DNA of 64,000 nucleotides from Octopus bimaculoides (Eukaryota), in the NCBI RefSeq assembly GCF_001194135.2, contig NC_069008.1, positions 9,040,539 through 9,104,538 on the forward strand, written 5' to 3'. The notes below the pieces were generated by a model. It was not told where the DNA came from, ran no database searches, and saw only the letters and a program-made list of their open reading frames with translations. Of the stretch, positions 1-12,379 are shown piece by piece (positions within the stretch are counted from its first letter, which is position 1; each line of letters begins with the position of its first letter). Made by a program: the position numbers and the translations under genes.

Positions 1-19
1 ATATATCTTCATCATAATC

Positions 20-205
20 ATCATCATCGTTTAACATCCGCTTTCCATGCTAGTATGGGTTGGACGATTTGATTGAGGACTGGTGAACCAGATGGCTACA
101 CCAGGCTCCAATCTGATTTGGCAGAGTTTCTACAGCTGGATGTCCTTCCTAATGCCAACCACTCCGAGAGTGTAGTGGGTGCTTTTACGTGCCACCAGCA
201 TGGCA
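20..205 (-). mobile_element. RTE-type LINE/SINE 3' tail fragment ending in a (GAT)n tail; dispersed family
   Basis: CATCATCATCGTTTAACATCCGCTTTCCATGC...GCTGGATGTCCTTCCTAATGCCAACCAC. A near-identical copy lies at ~52460-52644, with more diverged copies at ~32020, 37130, 38000, 42040 and 47810. Confidence 0.7.
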
Positions 206-643
206 CTAAAGTTGAAGTCTGGTCATAGAGTGACCAATGGTTTTGCATTTATGAAAGCCACAGCTTTGTGGACAGCTCATCAAACTCTATACAAAGACAA
301 ATTTAACTCTTCATCTCTCGGAGAAGGAAAGTTGTTACAGTCAAAATGTCATCAGGGCATTGTTCTGGCATTGGTGAGGGTGGATTATCTCCTCTAAAGC
401 AGCCAGTTTAGGGAATAGGAATCTACCCCCTGGCCCGCTAACAGATCATAAGGACTCTTATGAGCTTAATCAGTGAATGGGGAATCCCAATTTTGCAGCA
501 GGTAGCACTTGAAATGGATACATTGTGAGAATATTTCTGGGTGAATATTTCTTGGTGAGAATATTCAGTGAGCCAAATCTTATTGAGTCTTTAAGTATTG
601 TCTTGTTCAGCTATGCAGAGCTTGCAGCATCCACTTCCACCGA

Positions 644-669
644 TGTGTGTGTGTGTGTGTGTGTGTGTC

Positions 670-714
<45 letters not shown>

Positions 715-778
715 GTGTGTGTGTGGTGTGTGTCTGTGTGTGTGTCTATGTCCGTGTGTGTGTGTGTGTGTGTGTGTA
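644..778. repeat. (GT)n microsatellite
   Basis: Direct inspection. Many other (GT/CA)n, (TA)n and (CT)n tracts occur, e.g. 5263-5325, 7507-7550, 35858-35985, 41776-41870, 50600-50676, 59998-60089, 63350-63755. Confidence 0.95.
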
Positions 779-784
779 TGAAAG

Positions 785-960
785 TGCATGGCCTAGTGGT
801 TAGGCATATTGTACTGATGATTGTGAGATCATGGTGTCAATTTCCAGACCAGCTGCATGTTCTGTTCTTGGGCAAAACACTTAATTTCATATTGCTCCAG
901 TCCACTCAGCTGTAAATGGATAACCCTGTGACTGAGTAGCCTTCTGATAGGGGTAATGTT
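785..960 (+). mobile_element. tRNA-derived SINE, decayed
   Basis: A-box-like TGGCCTAGTGGTTAG, then CTTGGGCAAAACACTT and TTGCTCCAGTCCACTCAGCTGTAAATGG. The latter also occurs reverse-complemented at ~21750 and ~51770. Confidence 0.6.
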
Positions 961-964
961 GGCC

Positions 965-1220
<256 letters not shown>

Positions 1221-1700
1221 AAAACGAGAAAGCAACCATACTCTGGGATATGCCAATACACACAGATAGAGAAATTAAGGCCAATAGACCAGATATAGTT
1301 GTCAAAGATCATGAAGAAAAAAAATGCTTTCTAATTGATGTATCAATACCAGCAGATGACAACGTTTCTCTAAAAGAAATGGAAAAACTTTCAAAATACA
1401 AAGACCTGGAAATAGAGATAACTCGAATGTGGAATCTAAAAACAGAAACAATTCCTATCATAGTAGGTGCCTTAGGTATAATAAAAAAATATTCAGACAA
1501 ATACATAACAAAAACACCAGGACTTACAAATATATATAACATACAGAAAATTGCACTACTGGGTACTGCACACATTCTACGCAAAACACTTTCAATACAG
1601 TAAACATAAGAGCACCACAGCAAACCACAGCACATACCCAAGGCGCACAGAGCTGCGCTCGGTAGTGAAGTGAAAGCACGTTATAAAAATACAACTACTG
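1221..1700 (+). mobile_element. 5'-truncated non-LTR retrotransposon with restriction-like endonuclease (R4/Dong-like), including 3' UTR
   Basis: Open frame ~1221-1603: NEKATILWDMPIHTDREIKANRPDIVVKD...CFLIDVSIPADDN...KEMEKLSKYKDL.IEI.RMW...IPIIVGALG, i.e. the RLE PD..D..KxxKY motif. Flanked by TAA repeats on both sides. Confidence 0.85.
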
Positions 1701-1796
1701 AATAATAATGATAATCACTAAGCCAGCAAAAGCTAAAATGATGTGAAGTGCATTGCAACCAGCAATGTATAACAATGTCCAATAGTCTGGTTGATC

Positions 1797-4050
1797 ATGT
1801 GATATTATATATCATCTTCATCATCATTATCATCTTCATCATCATTGGTGTCATCATTGTCTTCATCCTCATCTTCATCTTCATTGTCAACTTCATCCTC
1901 ATTGCTGTCTTCATCCTCATCGTTGTCTTCATCCTCATCCCCATCCTCATCTTCATTTTCATTGTCATCTTCATCCTCATTGCTGTCTTCATCCTCATCC
2001 TCATCTTCATCCCCATCCTCATCTTCATTTTCATTGTCATCTTCATCCTCATTGCTGTCTTCATCCTCATCATCATCTTCAACCTCATCGTCATCATCTT
2101 CATTCTCATCTTCATCATTATCACGGTCTACATCCTCATGGTTGCCTTCATCCTCATTATCGTCATCAACCTCATCACCATCTTCATCCTTATTGTTGCC
2201 TTTATCCTCATCCTAATCATCATCTTCATCCTCATTGTCATCTTCATCCTCATTGTCATCTTCATCATCTCCAGCCTCATTGTTGTCTTCATCCTTATCG
2301 TCATCTTCATCCTCATTGTCTTCATCCTTATCATTGTATTCATCCTCATCATTGTCTTCATCCTCATCATTGTCTTCATCCTTATCATCGTCTTCATCTT
2401 CATCAGTGTCTACATCCTCATTGCCTTCATCCTCAAACTTATCGCCATCTTCATCTTTATTGTTGTCTTCAACCTCATCATCTTCATTATTTCATCGTCT
2501 TCATTTTCATTGTCATCTTCATCCTCATTGTCATCAACATCTTCATTATCTTCACTCTCATTGTCACCTTCATCCTCATCATTCTCTTCATCTTCATTAT
2601 TGTCCTCCTCATTGTCTTCATTTTTATTGTCGTCTTCATCCTCATCCTCATCTTTATCCTTGTTATCTTCATCATTATCATTGCCATCATCCTCATAATC
2701 ATCGCATTCATCCTAATTGTTGTCTTCATTCTCATCATTGTCTACATCCTCATTCTCATCGTCATCTTCATCCTCATTGTCGTCTTCATTCTCATCATCA
2801 TCTTCCTCCTCCTCATCGTCTTCCTCCTTATCGTCGTCTTCATCCTCATCATCTTCATTCTCATCATCTCTAACTTCATTGTGGTCTTCATCTTCATCAT
2901 TATCTTCATCCTCATTGTTGTCTTCGTCCTCATCATCATCTTCAACCTCATTGTCATCTTCATCTTCATCCTCATCATCGTGTACATCCTCATTGTCATC
3001 TTCAACCTAATCGTCATCTTTATTCTAATCATCGTCTTCATCTCCATCCTCATTGTCATCCTCATCATTGTCTTCATCCTCATCATCATATTCATCTTCA
3101 TCGTTGCCTTCATCCTCATTGTCATCTTCAACCTCATCATCATCTTCATCCTCATTGTCCTGCTCATCCTTATTGTTATCTTCATCCTCATTGTCGTCAT
3201 CCTCATCATCATCTTCATTCTCATCACCGTCTTTATTCTCACCATTGTCTTCATCCTCATTGTCATCTTCATCTTCATCATTGTGTTCATCACCTTCATT
3301 GTCATCATCTTCATCCTCATAGTTGTCTTCATTCTCCTCTTCATCCTCATCGTCCTCTTCATCTTCATCATTGTGGTCTTCATCACCTTCATCATCATCT
3401 CCATCTTCATTGTTATCTTCATCCTCATATTTGTTTTCATTCTCATCATGTTCATCCTCATCGTCATTTTCATCTTCATCATCATTGTGGTCTTCATCCT
3501 CATCGTCATCATCATCTTCATATTCACTGTTGTTTTCATCCTTATCATCGTCTTCATCTTCATTGTCATCTTCAACCTCATCGTCATCTTCTTCCTTATC
3601 ATCATCTTCATCTTCATTGTCCCGTTCATTCTCATTGTTTTTATCCTGATTGCTGTCTTCATCTTCATCACCATCTTCATTCTCATCCTCATCATCGTCT
3701 TCATCCTCATTGTCATCTTCTTCTTCATCGTCAATTTCATCCTCTTCGTCACCTTCATCTTCATTGTTGTCTTCATCCTCATCATCATCTTTATCTTCAT
3801 CGTCATTGTCATCCTCATTGTTGTCCTCATCCTGATTGCCGTCTTCGTTATTATTATCATCTTCATCTTCATCATTGTCTTTATCCTCATCATCGTCATC
3901 CCCATTGTCATCTTCATTGTTGTCTTCATCTTCACCGTCACCTTCATCTTCACCGTCACATCTTCATTGTCATCTTTATCTTCATCATCGTCTCCTTCAT
4001 CCTCTTCGTCACCTTCATCTTCATTGTTGTCGTCATACTCTTCGGCATTG
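1797..4050. repeat. 2.25-kb degenerate trinucleotide repeat, (NTC)n on + and (GAN)n on -
   Basis: Triplets ATC/TTC/CTC/GTC/ATT, with a local ~60-bp higher-order unit at ~1930-2070. The triplet register is broken at only two points (~2490, ~3959). Confidence 0.9.
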
Positions 4051-4177
4051 TAATGTCCACTTTTTCATGTTTGAATGGAATTTGTAGCAGTGGGTTTTGT
4101 ATGGCTGGAAGCCATACCTATTGCCATATCTCACCTGTTTACAGGTAAGGTAATATTTCCCCAGAACCAGACATGTT
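4050..4177 (-). mobile_element. Dispersed retroposon 3' end whose (GAT)n tail runs into the 2.2-kb repeat
   Basis: AATGTCCACTTTTTCATG...GTAATATTTCCCCAG..CCAGACATGTT matches copies at ~21005-21190 and, reversed, ~34190-34330. Confidence 0.6.
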
Positions 4178-5224
4178 GACTAGAATGAAAAATATGGGTG
4201 CAGATCCCTAGAATATTCTTAAGTTTTGAACCTGGAGAAGTACAGAATAAGCTGTAACAGAAAAAAAAAAGAAAAAAAAAAATGCAGGCACACAGTGCAA
4301 GAATATTCTTATGTATTGAAACTGGCAAAGTACAGGACAAGAAGAGAAAAATCTTCAAGTATTTTCTACTCAAGTTAGAAATTGCTAAATAAATTTCTAA
4401 AATTGTTTATGAAATAGTGTGTGCAGTGTTTTGTTTTTATATTTTTTTTGCTTTTTCTTGTAGTTTTTAAAAATTTAAGTTAATACTTTTGATTTGAAAA
4501 TTTCTTTGTATTAAGTTGAAATGTTTCTGTCTTATTTTAATAGTATATTATTGTTGTTTTAATTTTATTTTCCTATCAGAACTCATCATCCAAACATTTA
4601 AAATCACAGCTGTTAAGTTATAAAATTAAACTGATGTAGAATATATGCAATTCAAAAGATTAAAAATGGTACAAAAATTTTTTTAAAAGAAACAAATGAA
4701 TTAATAATTTTTAAGTTTGCATTATTAGATAGCAAAGTATTTTCTATTTACTGTTAGAAAAATATTTAAAAAAATGAAAGCTAATGAACAAATTGAGTTC
4801 AAAATGTAGAAATGACTCTAGCTTTCCTTTAAAAAATGCACAATTTTGCATAAATTGTTATTATGTCATTTTTTAAAATATATAAATTTGTAATATCAAT
4901 TTTTTGATATGTAAACTTGCAGTTGATTATTCTTTTCACTAAAATCGAAAATAAATAAGTTCTTGAATATTTTAATTTAAACTTTTAAGTAAAAATAGAA
5001 AATGTAAAAGGGCATTTATTACTATTTTAGATTTTAAATTCTCACTTCTGTAGCAAAATTTTAAGCTTTTTCTTCTTCTCCTGCACTTTTCCAGTTTCAA
5101 TACATAAGAATATTCTGGTACTCAGTGCCCGCATTTTTTCATTCTGTTACTGCTTATTCTGTACTTTTCCAGGTTCAGTACTTAAGAATATTCTAGGATT
5201 CTGCATCCACATTTTCATTGTAGT
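4178..5224. mobile_element. Fold-back/MITE-like element with ~200-bp imperfect terminal inverted repeats and an AT-rich interior
   Basis: 4178-4385 (ACTAGAATGAAAAATATGGGTGCAGATCCCTAGAATATTCTTAAG...) aligns with the reverse complement of ~5035-5224. No TSD resolved. Confidence 0.75.
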
Positions 5225-5260
5225 ATAACAGACAGACAGACTGATAGATAGATATACATA

Positions 5261-5325
<65 letters not shown>

Positions 5326-5479
5326 ATCAATGTATATAACGGAGTATAGAAAACATTAGCGAGAAAGCAAAAAAGAAAACTTAAAAAAACAAAAACAAAG
5401 ACAAAACAAAAACAGATTAAAGCAAAACAAAGAAAACTGTGCTTTTCGAACGAAATCCTTTGTAATATTTGTTCTACCA

Positions 5480-7310
5480 CGGTTTAAAGACACACCCGCG
5501 GACTATTCTCACTGCCAGAAATGTGGTAAACAATAAATAAACGTCTCTTCGGAAATTTGTAACCAACGACGCTATTCTTCTCTTACCGTTTTATAACATA
5601 GATATGAAAAAAAGGGGGAAAAATTGTAATTTTTAAAGGAATTCACTTCAAAGAGGATTGAACTCAGAACGTTAGGAATGTATAGCAAAGTCGATCACTG
5701 AGAATGTTACAGTGACGTAACTAGTTGCGGGTTGGAATAATTAACGTCAGTGGTTTTTTTCCACTTTGGGTTTTTTTACCATCCCACTGCTTTTGTGATA
5801 TTTGATATTAGGTATATAAATAGCTTTATACATACAGTTCCGGACCAATTGTCTGCCTTCTAGAAATCCGGAATTCTCAAAATCTGGGAATAGTGTACAC
5901 TATACTGTACTTGTATTGAAAAAAAACAAACTGTTTTTGAAGTTAGTTAATTTGCCAATGGTGTTAAAAATAGTTTTATTTTTAATTTTTCTGAGGGATT
6001 AAATATATTCTGCTTTAGAAGGAAGTATATTAATTTGTACATATATCAATTAAATAAAATCGTGTTCTTTACTTTTATTTGTCACTTGTAGCATTATAGT
6101 GTAACCACGGTATAATAGCATGATATATTTCAAGAATTTTATGTGGATTAGTATTCTTTAAACAATAGGCACAAAGCCTGTAAATTTTGGGAGGCGGGTC
6201 TAATCGATTTCATCGATCCTAGTGCTTGATTGGTACTTGTTTCCCCACCCGAAAGGATGAAAGGCAAAGTCGATCGCAGTGGAATTTGAACCCTTCAAGC
6301 ATTTTGTTCCGCATGCTCACCGCCGTATGTTGGTAAATAGATATCCCTACTTTAGAAATGTATTAATTTGAACCTATTAAATACAATTTAGTTCTTTACT
6401 TTTCATGGTTTATTTTATATTTAAACTATATCTTTCGACTGTCTCCAGAAAACCGGAAAACCCAGAAACCCGGGACACTACCAGTACCAATTTTGCCGGA
6501 TATTTGGTCCGTTGCTGAATAACATACATAAATAGCTTTATACGTATTTTTTTTATTAAGTCATAAAGCCATGTTCACATTCGTACGTGAACTCCCATGA
6601 TGCAACAGTGTTTAGCCTCATTTACTGAGTAGTAACGTTATCGAAAGTAGGCCAAAGCGAAGAGCGAAACCGTGACTGACAGAAGTTGGCATTCCTTATT
6701 CATATTCCCTCACGCTCACACACACACCTACACATACATACATACACAGATATATATATATATATTAGACACATACATACGTAAATATATATACACGCTC
6801 GACCAGTGCGTGATTTAAATCAGATCGAAAGGTAACATTACCAACATAAGAAGACAAGGAGGGCAGCAAGGCGACCAATTACCATCCCCGCTCTCTGCTT
6901 TCTCTACATACATTAATTTTACGTTAATTGACTTTATACACACGTATATAGTCGTTTAGCGGTAAGTCGAAACCTTCAGCCCCAGTTATACGTCCAACGG
7001 AAGAAAGAAAAGGAAGGAAAAATTCAAAAGAATAAGGAAAGTAAAGCTTCATCGTTACGATCGTTAAGAACAATAATATTATTATATCCGTCCGTCGCCT
7101 CTATATTTTGTGTGGGTAGATCTAGATATCTATATATACACACACACACTATATATATATATATATATATTATATCTCTGTGTGTGATTTAAATTTTATC
7201 TACTGAAGAAAAATGGGAAATATTCATACAGCCGGACCGGACGAAGCTCTCGTCATCTCTGGTAACTATTCAACACGCCTTTCTTAAATTTATTCTCACG
7301 TTGGAGCCTA
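5480..7310. promoter_or_regulatory. CpG-retaining, largely repeat-poor candidate promoter region, possibly bidirectional
   Basis: Visibly more CG dinucleotides than the flanks. CCAAT motifs (~5844, 6487, 6876), CRE-like TGACGTAA (~5713), + strand donor G|GTAAGT at 6961/6962 and - strand donor G|GTAAGA at 5587/5586. Not quantified. Confidence 0.4.
6165..6320 (-). mobile_element. tRNA-derived SINE with Nin/Deu-like core
   Basis: GAAAGGATGAAAGGCAAAGTCGA..GGAATTTGAAC. Other copies at ~9420, 16590-16770, 17820-18005, 50760-50950 and 51010-51215 (-), and 58830-59040, 61280-61480 and 62680-62845 (+). Confidence 0.75.
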
Positions 7311-7504
7311 AGTGGGTGTTTATGTGTTGTATGGATGTATACATATTTATTTACGTTTATGCATGTATCTAGCGCGACAATACAAACACACAGACACTGC
7401 AACAGTGTGGGTGTGTATCTATAAGTACTGCAACAGTGTGTATGTTTTGCAGTATATATACTGCAATAGTGTGTATGTGTATACACATGCGTATATTAAT
7501 GCTG

Positions 7505-7554
<50 letters not shown>

Positions 7555-8295
7555 GCATACACACTACAACAGTATTTATAGCGGGTGTCTGTATGTTAGG
7601 TTTTGTGGACAATTTGTGTGGGTATACATATTTTTTCTAATATAATATAACAGTGTTTTATGTGGAGAGAATTATTTCTTTATTTCGTGATCTGATATCT
7701 GTGTTTTATGTACTTAACAAGTGTGTATAAACATAATATCGATTGTTTATTTGTGTGTGAAATCTGTTGCAGTGTGACTGGGTGTTCATGTGTGTTTCGT
7801 ATGCGTTGTATGCCATGTTAACAAGAGAAGCTATACATGGTCACTTCCACTCTGCAAGAAATAATTGTCATGTCTCCCTATAAATTGCACACCTTACTGT
7901 CTAAAAGGACAGGATCATTGCATGAATGAAGATGTCAACAAAATGTTACCTATATAACTACACAACTGTGCTTCTCCCCCAATTTTGTTTCCTCTTAACT
8001 TTCTGAAAAATGTGTAATTTTCTTTTAATGAAATATTTTACAAATGCCCTTCAGGTGGTGTAGATTACCTATTTAATATAGATGTACGTGTATGTGTGTA
8101 TATATTAGTACGTATTCTAAGTTTATGCATTGTAGATGTCTGCGCATAGTCGGTATGCATCGCGCGCGTGTGTATATGTGTGTGTTTGGTGGTTGTAATT
8201 GTAGAATATTAGGCTCTAAACGTGCCTCTAGTCATTTTATTGGTTCAGTTGTTTAAAATTTATATTTATAATCATTAATTGTTATGTGCATTCAT

Positions 8296-8351
<56 letters not shown>

Positions 8352-8664
8352 ACATATACTCCCGTTGAAATTTTGTTATGCTGCAATGTTATTGTTTAGC
8401 GACAGGTCATCCAGCAAACGAATCATCGATCGACCGAGTCTTATATTCAAAGTCTCTTCACTTTCGATCATCTGGGTTTTTTAAGATTTTGTATTTAGTG
8501 TATCTAAAGACGATATTATAGAATGTGTTGTGCATTATTTTAATCATATTATGGTGTGCTGTGCGAAATTTGACTGCCATTGCTAACATATTTAGTTATC
8601 AATGTAGAAGTGAGTCTCCGTCGTTGGCTTATACATGTTTGTAAGACAGTAGGGTTTGCTGAGA

Positions 8665-9010
8665 GGCGCTGGCGTGGCTGTGTGGTTAAGAAACTTGCTT
8701 CCGAACCATGTGGTCTTGGGTTCAGTCTCACTGCGCAGCCTCTTGAGCAAGTATCTTGTAAGTGCCGTTACAAAAACACGAAACAAAACAAAACAACTTT
8801 GTGGGTGGATTTGGTAAATGTAAACTGAAAGAAGCCCATCACATATATATATATATATATATATGTGTGTGTATTGTTTGTTTCCCCTCTGTGTTGGTTT
8901 GAGTACATCTCCGGTTCGGAAAAAGGCCAACAGAATAAGTATTGAAGTCGATTTGCTCAACTTTAACCCTTTAAGTGCCCTAGCATGGCTCTGGTTCAAC
9001 GACTGAAAAA
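8665..9010 (+). mobile_element. tRNA-derived SINE with CORE-like box (octopus OK/OR-type); most abundant family in the window
   Basis: GGCGTGGCTGTGTGGTTAAGAAACTTGCTTCC...CTTGAGCAAGT...GAAAGAAGCCC...GACTGAAA tail. About 20 copies in the window. Confidence 0.75.
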
Positions 9011-9666
9011 AAAAAAAAAAAGGAATTTCTAGGTCTCCTACCTTGACTTAGACACACACACACACATATATACATATATATGTATATACATGTGTGTGTG
9101 TGTGTGTGAGCAGAGAAATTTAGCTATTATTTTCTATCAAGTCTCCCTCGGCTCATATACGTTATTCACATAAGACTATGATCTGAGGGAGTGTTGGTTC
9201 TTATTTCTGTCACATCGCGCGACCACATTGTGGTCACCCCCACGCGGTTCTTGCATCCTATTGTGCAATAAGAAGTTTTGTAGTTGCGTATGTATGGTTT
9301 TAATGTGTGGTGGTGGTGTCCTGTGTTCGGATGGTGTACTATTTTGTACGTATGTATATGATGTGTGGTTTAGCTATTGACCAGCACTAAACGATCAAAA
9401 GCATTCAAGGCGTGATCTCGAAGGGATGAAAAGCAAAGTGAATCTCCGCAGGGTTCTCTTTTGCCTTCGGATGAGCACTGGGGTCGGTTTAATCGACCTA
9501 GCCACCCCACACACACGGAAATTGGCCTTGTGCCAAAATTTGAAACTATTATTATTATTACTTGCTTATTTGAAACTATTTTGCATTGAATCCAACTCTT
9601 TGAAATGATAGCATGTATGATTTGATATTTGTACAGGTTGTGCGACCATCTACTATGTGTGTTGTA

Positions 9667-9878
9667 CAGGGTGTCCACAAAGTCTGGGTACATGGGAATT
9701 AATACATACTTTAAGAAATTATTATTTCTTATATTTAATTGCTTGTGTTATGATTTTATTTATTCCATGTAACCACATGAGGATTAACATATACTTTAAG
9801 AAATTATTATTTCTTATATTTAATTGTTTATGTTATGATTTTATTTATTCCATGTACCCAGACTTTGTGGATACCCTG
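9667..9878. mobile_element. Tc1/mariner-type MITE with TA TSD and an internal ~85-bp tandem duplication
   Basis: TA-CAGGGTGTCCACAAAGTCTGGGTACATGG ... CCATGTACCCAGACTTTGTGGATACCCTG-TA. Confidence 0.9.
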
Positions 9879-10533
9879 TATGTTGTACCTCTAATTTAGT
9901 GTTTAAATCTTGGTACAAAATTTTTTTTCTTCATAATTTTTAGTTTTGACCCGTGTATAAGTCGCACTACAGTTTTTTTTAACCAGTTTAAATCAAGTAT
10001 AAAATAATACAACTTGTATACGATGGAACGGTGTGTGTGTGTTAGTGCATGTTTCTATGCGAGTTACTTGTCCCCCCCCCTCGCATCTCCGTACTATTGC
10101 TCAAGAAGGCGATGGTTTTTTGTTAACTACTTAAATGTTCTGTATATGAATTTGTTTTCTGCCTGCCTCAAGAACAAGGCGCTTCTCTACGTGACACGCT
10201 CAAAACAGCAGCGAAATATCCCTCAAAATTCATCATACAGGCTTAAAAGACGGGAACGACGTATTAGATCATGTAGGCCTGGATATAATAAAAAGTGGGA
10301 TGGTCATAACTGGAACACCCATGACCATCCTCGCTGGCGTTGTTGTTCAGTGCTTATAGAGGAGTAGAACTTTGATCATAGGCGGTCATCTTATCTTGGG
10401 TTGAAGGTATTGCTTCTCAATCGGGGTCTGTATGGCCCTTGCGGGTCCACATAAGATTTAGTTATTAAAAATTGTGTGCAATAAATTGATTTTACTTCTA
10501 CAATATACACAATATTCCAACAAGTGTTTTTAA

Positions 10534-10900
10534 GGCAGATATCTGGTTTTAAGCACCCCATATAACCCCCCATAACTTTATTTTTTTGGAATTTTCAGAA
10601 AAGTTTTGCGAATTTGTCTTCTACTTAAGGGAAATCATTCGTTTATGATCCCACTCCCCATCATAAATCTTAAAGGTTCCACGCTTTTTCTAGTTTTCTT
10701 TTCTTTTTTTTAAAGCCGAGTTTAAAATATGGACAGTCCGATTTTTTTGCTTAAATCCAGCGAGGCAGCACCCTTGGGTGCGTCATCATTCTATTTAATG
10801 TGTTTATGGGAAGAAAAATATTGAAAAACGAGTGAGGTATCAGGTGGTCGTGAGATGTGCTAAAAATAACAACCAAATCGCCCTTAAATCATATATACAA
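10534..10900 (-). mobile_element. Partial copy of the GGCAG-terminated non-autonomous DNA element (full copy 20460-21005)
   Basis: TTAA-GGCAGATATCTGGTTTTAAGCACCCC terminus. ~10730-10890 matches the reverse complement of ~20620-20790. Confidence 0.6.
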
Positions 10901-11406
10901 AAAGTTTCTGACAATGCCAAAAAAAAAAAAGAAAAAATAAAGTTATATGGGATGCTTATACCAGAATTCGCTGTTTTCTTATACAGTTCCTAGTAATATT
11001 TAATTATGAAAATATCACTGGATATTTTTAAACATCAAATGGCTACGAGGGTCCATTTGAGTGGAATAGGAATCAAAGGGGTTCATAGGAAAAAAGATGG
11101 TCGAGAACCACCGTTTTGAGGTAAAATGTATTTTAGATGTGCGTATTCTAAGTTTATGATTTTGAGGTTGAGCGATATTTGGCTGCTCTTTCTAATATGT
11201 TTAGGGACTACGAAGATGCGTCCTCTTCAAGACTATTTTACTGTTCACTTTTCTGGCTTTTTGTATTTTATTCTGTGTACTGTGCAAGCAATCTGTTGTT
11301 GACGATAAATTATTTATGTGGGACAGTAAACAATAGTCTTTGTTGTTGATGGGCAAGTGGGAAACTGCACCGTGTATGAATGTGTGTATATGATACATAC
11401 CGCCTG

Positions 11407-11778
11407 TGGAGGCGCAATGACCCAGTGGTTAGAGCAGCGGACTCGCGGTCTTAGGATAGCGGTTTCGATTCCGAGACCGGGCGTTGTGAGTGTTTATTGA
11501 GCGAAAACACCTATAGTTCCACGAGGCTCCGGTAGGAGGGTGGTGAGGAACCCTGCTGTACTCTTTCACCACAACTTTCTCTCACTCTTTCTTCCTGTTT
11601 CTGTTGTACCTGTATTTCAGAGGGCCAACCTTGTCACGCTGAATCTCACCGAGAACTACATTAAGAGTACACGTGTCTGTGGAGTGCTCAGCCACTTGCA
11701 CGTTAATTTCACGAGCAGGCTGTTCCGTTGATCGGATCAATTGGAACACTCGTCGCCGTAACCGAAGTGCCAACAATA
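11407..11778 (+). mobile_element. tRNA-derived SINE, apparently complete and CpG-rich
   Basis: A box TGACCCAGTGGTTAGAGC, B box GGTTTCGATTCC, 3' part ...GTCTGTGGAGTGCTCAGCCACTTG...GTGCCAACAA. The 3' part recurs reversed at ~21545-21700 and partially at ~22770. Confidence 0.85.
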
Positions 11779-12152
11779 CGATACATACCTCCACACACAC
11801 ATATATACACACTCACATTGTATATACTTTTATTTCTTATGTGTGTACGTACATGCATACATATACATATAAGTATGTTTATATATGTATATATATTTAT
11901 TTATTATTCTTAAACAAGCATGTTGTTGACAATGATTTCAAAGTTTCAGCCTGCTAGTCTGACGATTGCTTGCGAAGTCACTGTCAACAACATTCTTATA
12001 TTAGAATAATAAATTTGTACTCTACAAAAGTATAGAGCAACCCATCAGGTTAATTTAAAATTGTTTTTATTATAACCGAGCATAAACACACACGCACGCA
12101 CGCGCACGCACGCACGCACACNNNNNNNNNNACGCACGCACGCGCACGCACG

Positions 12153-12207
<55 letters not shown>

Positions 12208-12379
12208 CTGATGTGTGTGTGTAATAATAAAAATGAGATTATATACTGTGCTCAGGTGTGCTACAAATTTTCTGAGAAGTGTAGAAAAAGATGACAGAAA
12301 ATAACAATAAAGGTAGTAATGAGAACCAAAATCTGAATACTAAAGGGTTAAATATTTGGTGGGTGACTGACAAAGGTTT

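Noticed and set aside
525-915. ORFs with [18 protein letters not shown] or LSLSLS runs here and throughout the window
   Set aside because: Translations of dinucleotide microsatellites.
1748-4053. 316-aa and 390-aa I/F/V/L-rich ORFs resembling multi-pass membrane proteins, plus poly-Ser and Met/Lys-rich ORFs
   Set aside because: All are alternative readings of one (NTC)n repeat that cannot generate stops in those frames. They switch character at 1-bp slips and show no domain structure.
11407-11480. tRNA-like sequence with A and B boxes
   Set aside because: It is the head of a SINE that continues for ~300 bp, not a tRNA gene.
12085-12160. Apparent direct duplication of ACGCACGCACGCGCACGCACGCAC around a short N gap
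   Set aside because: Typical unmerged contig overlap at a gap, so probably an assembly artefact.
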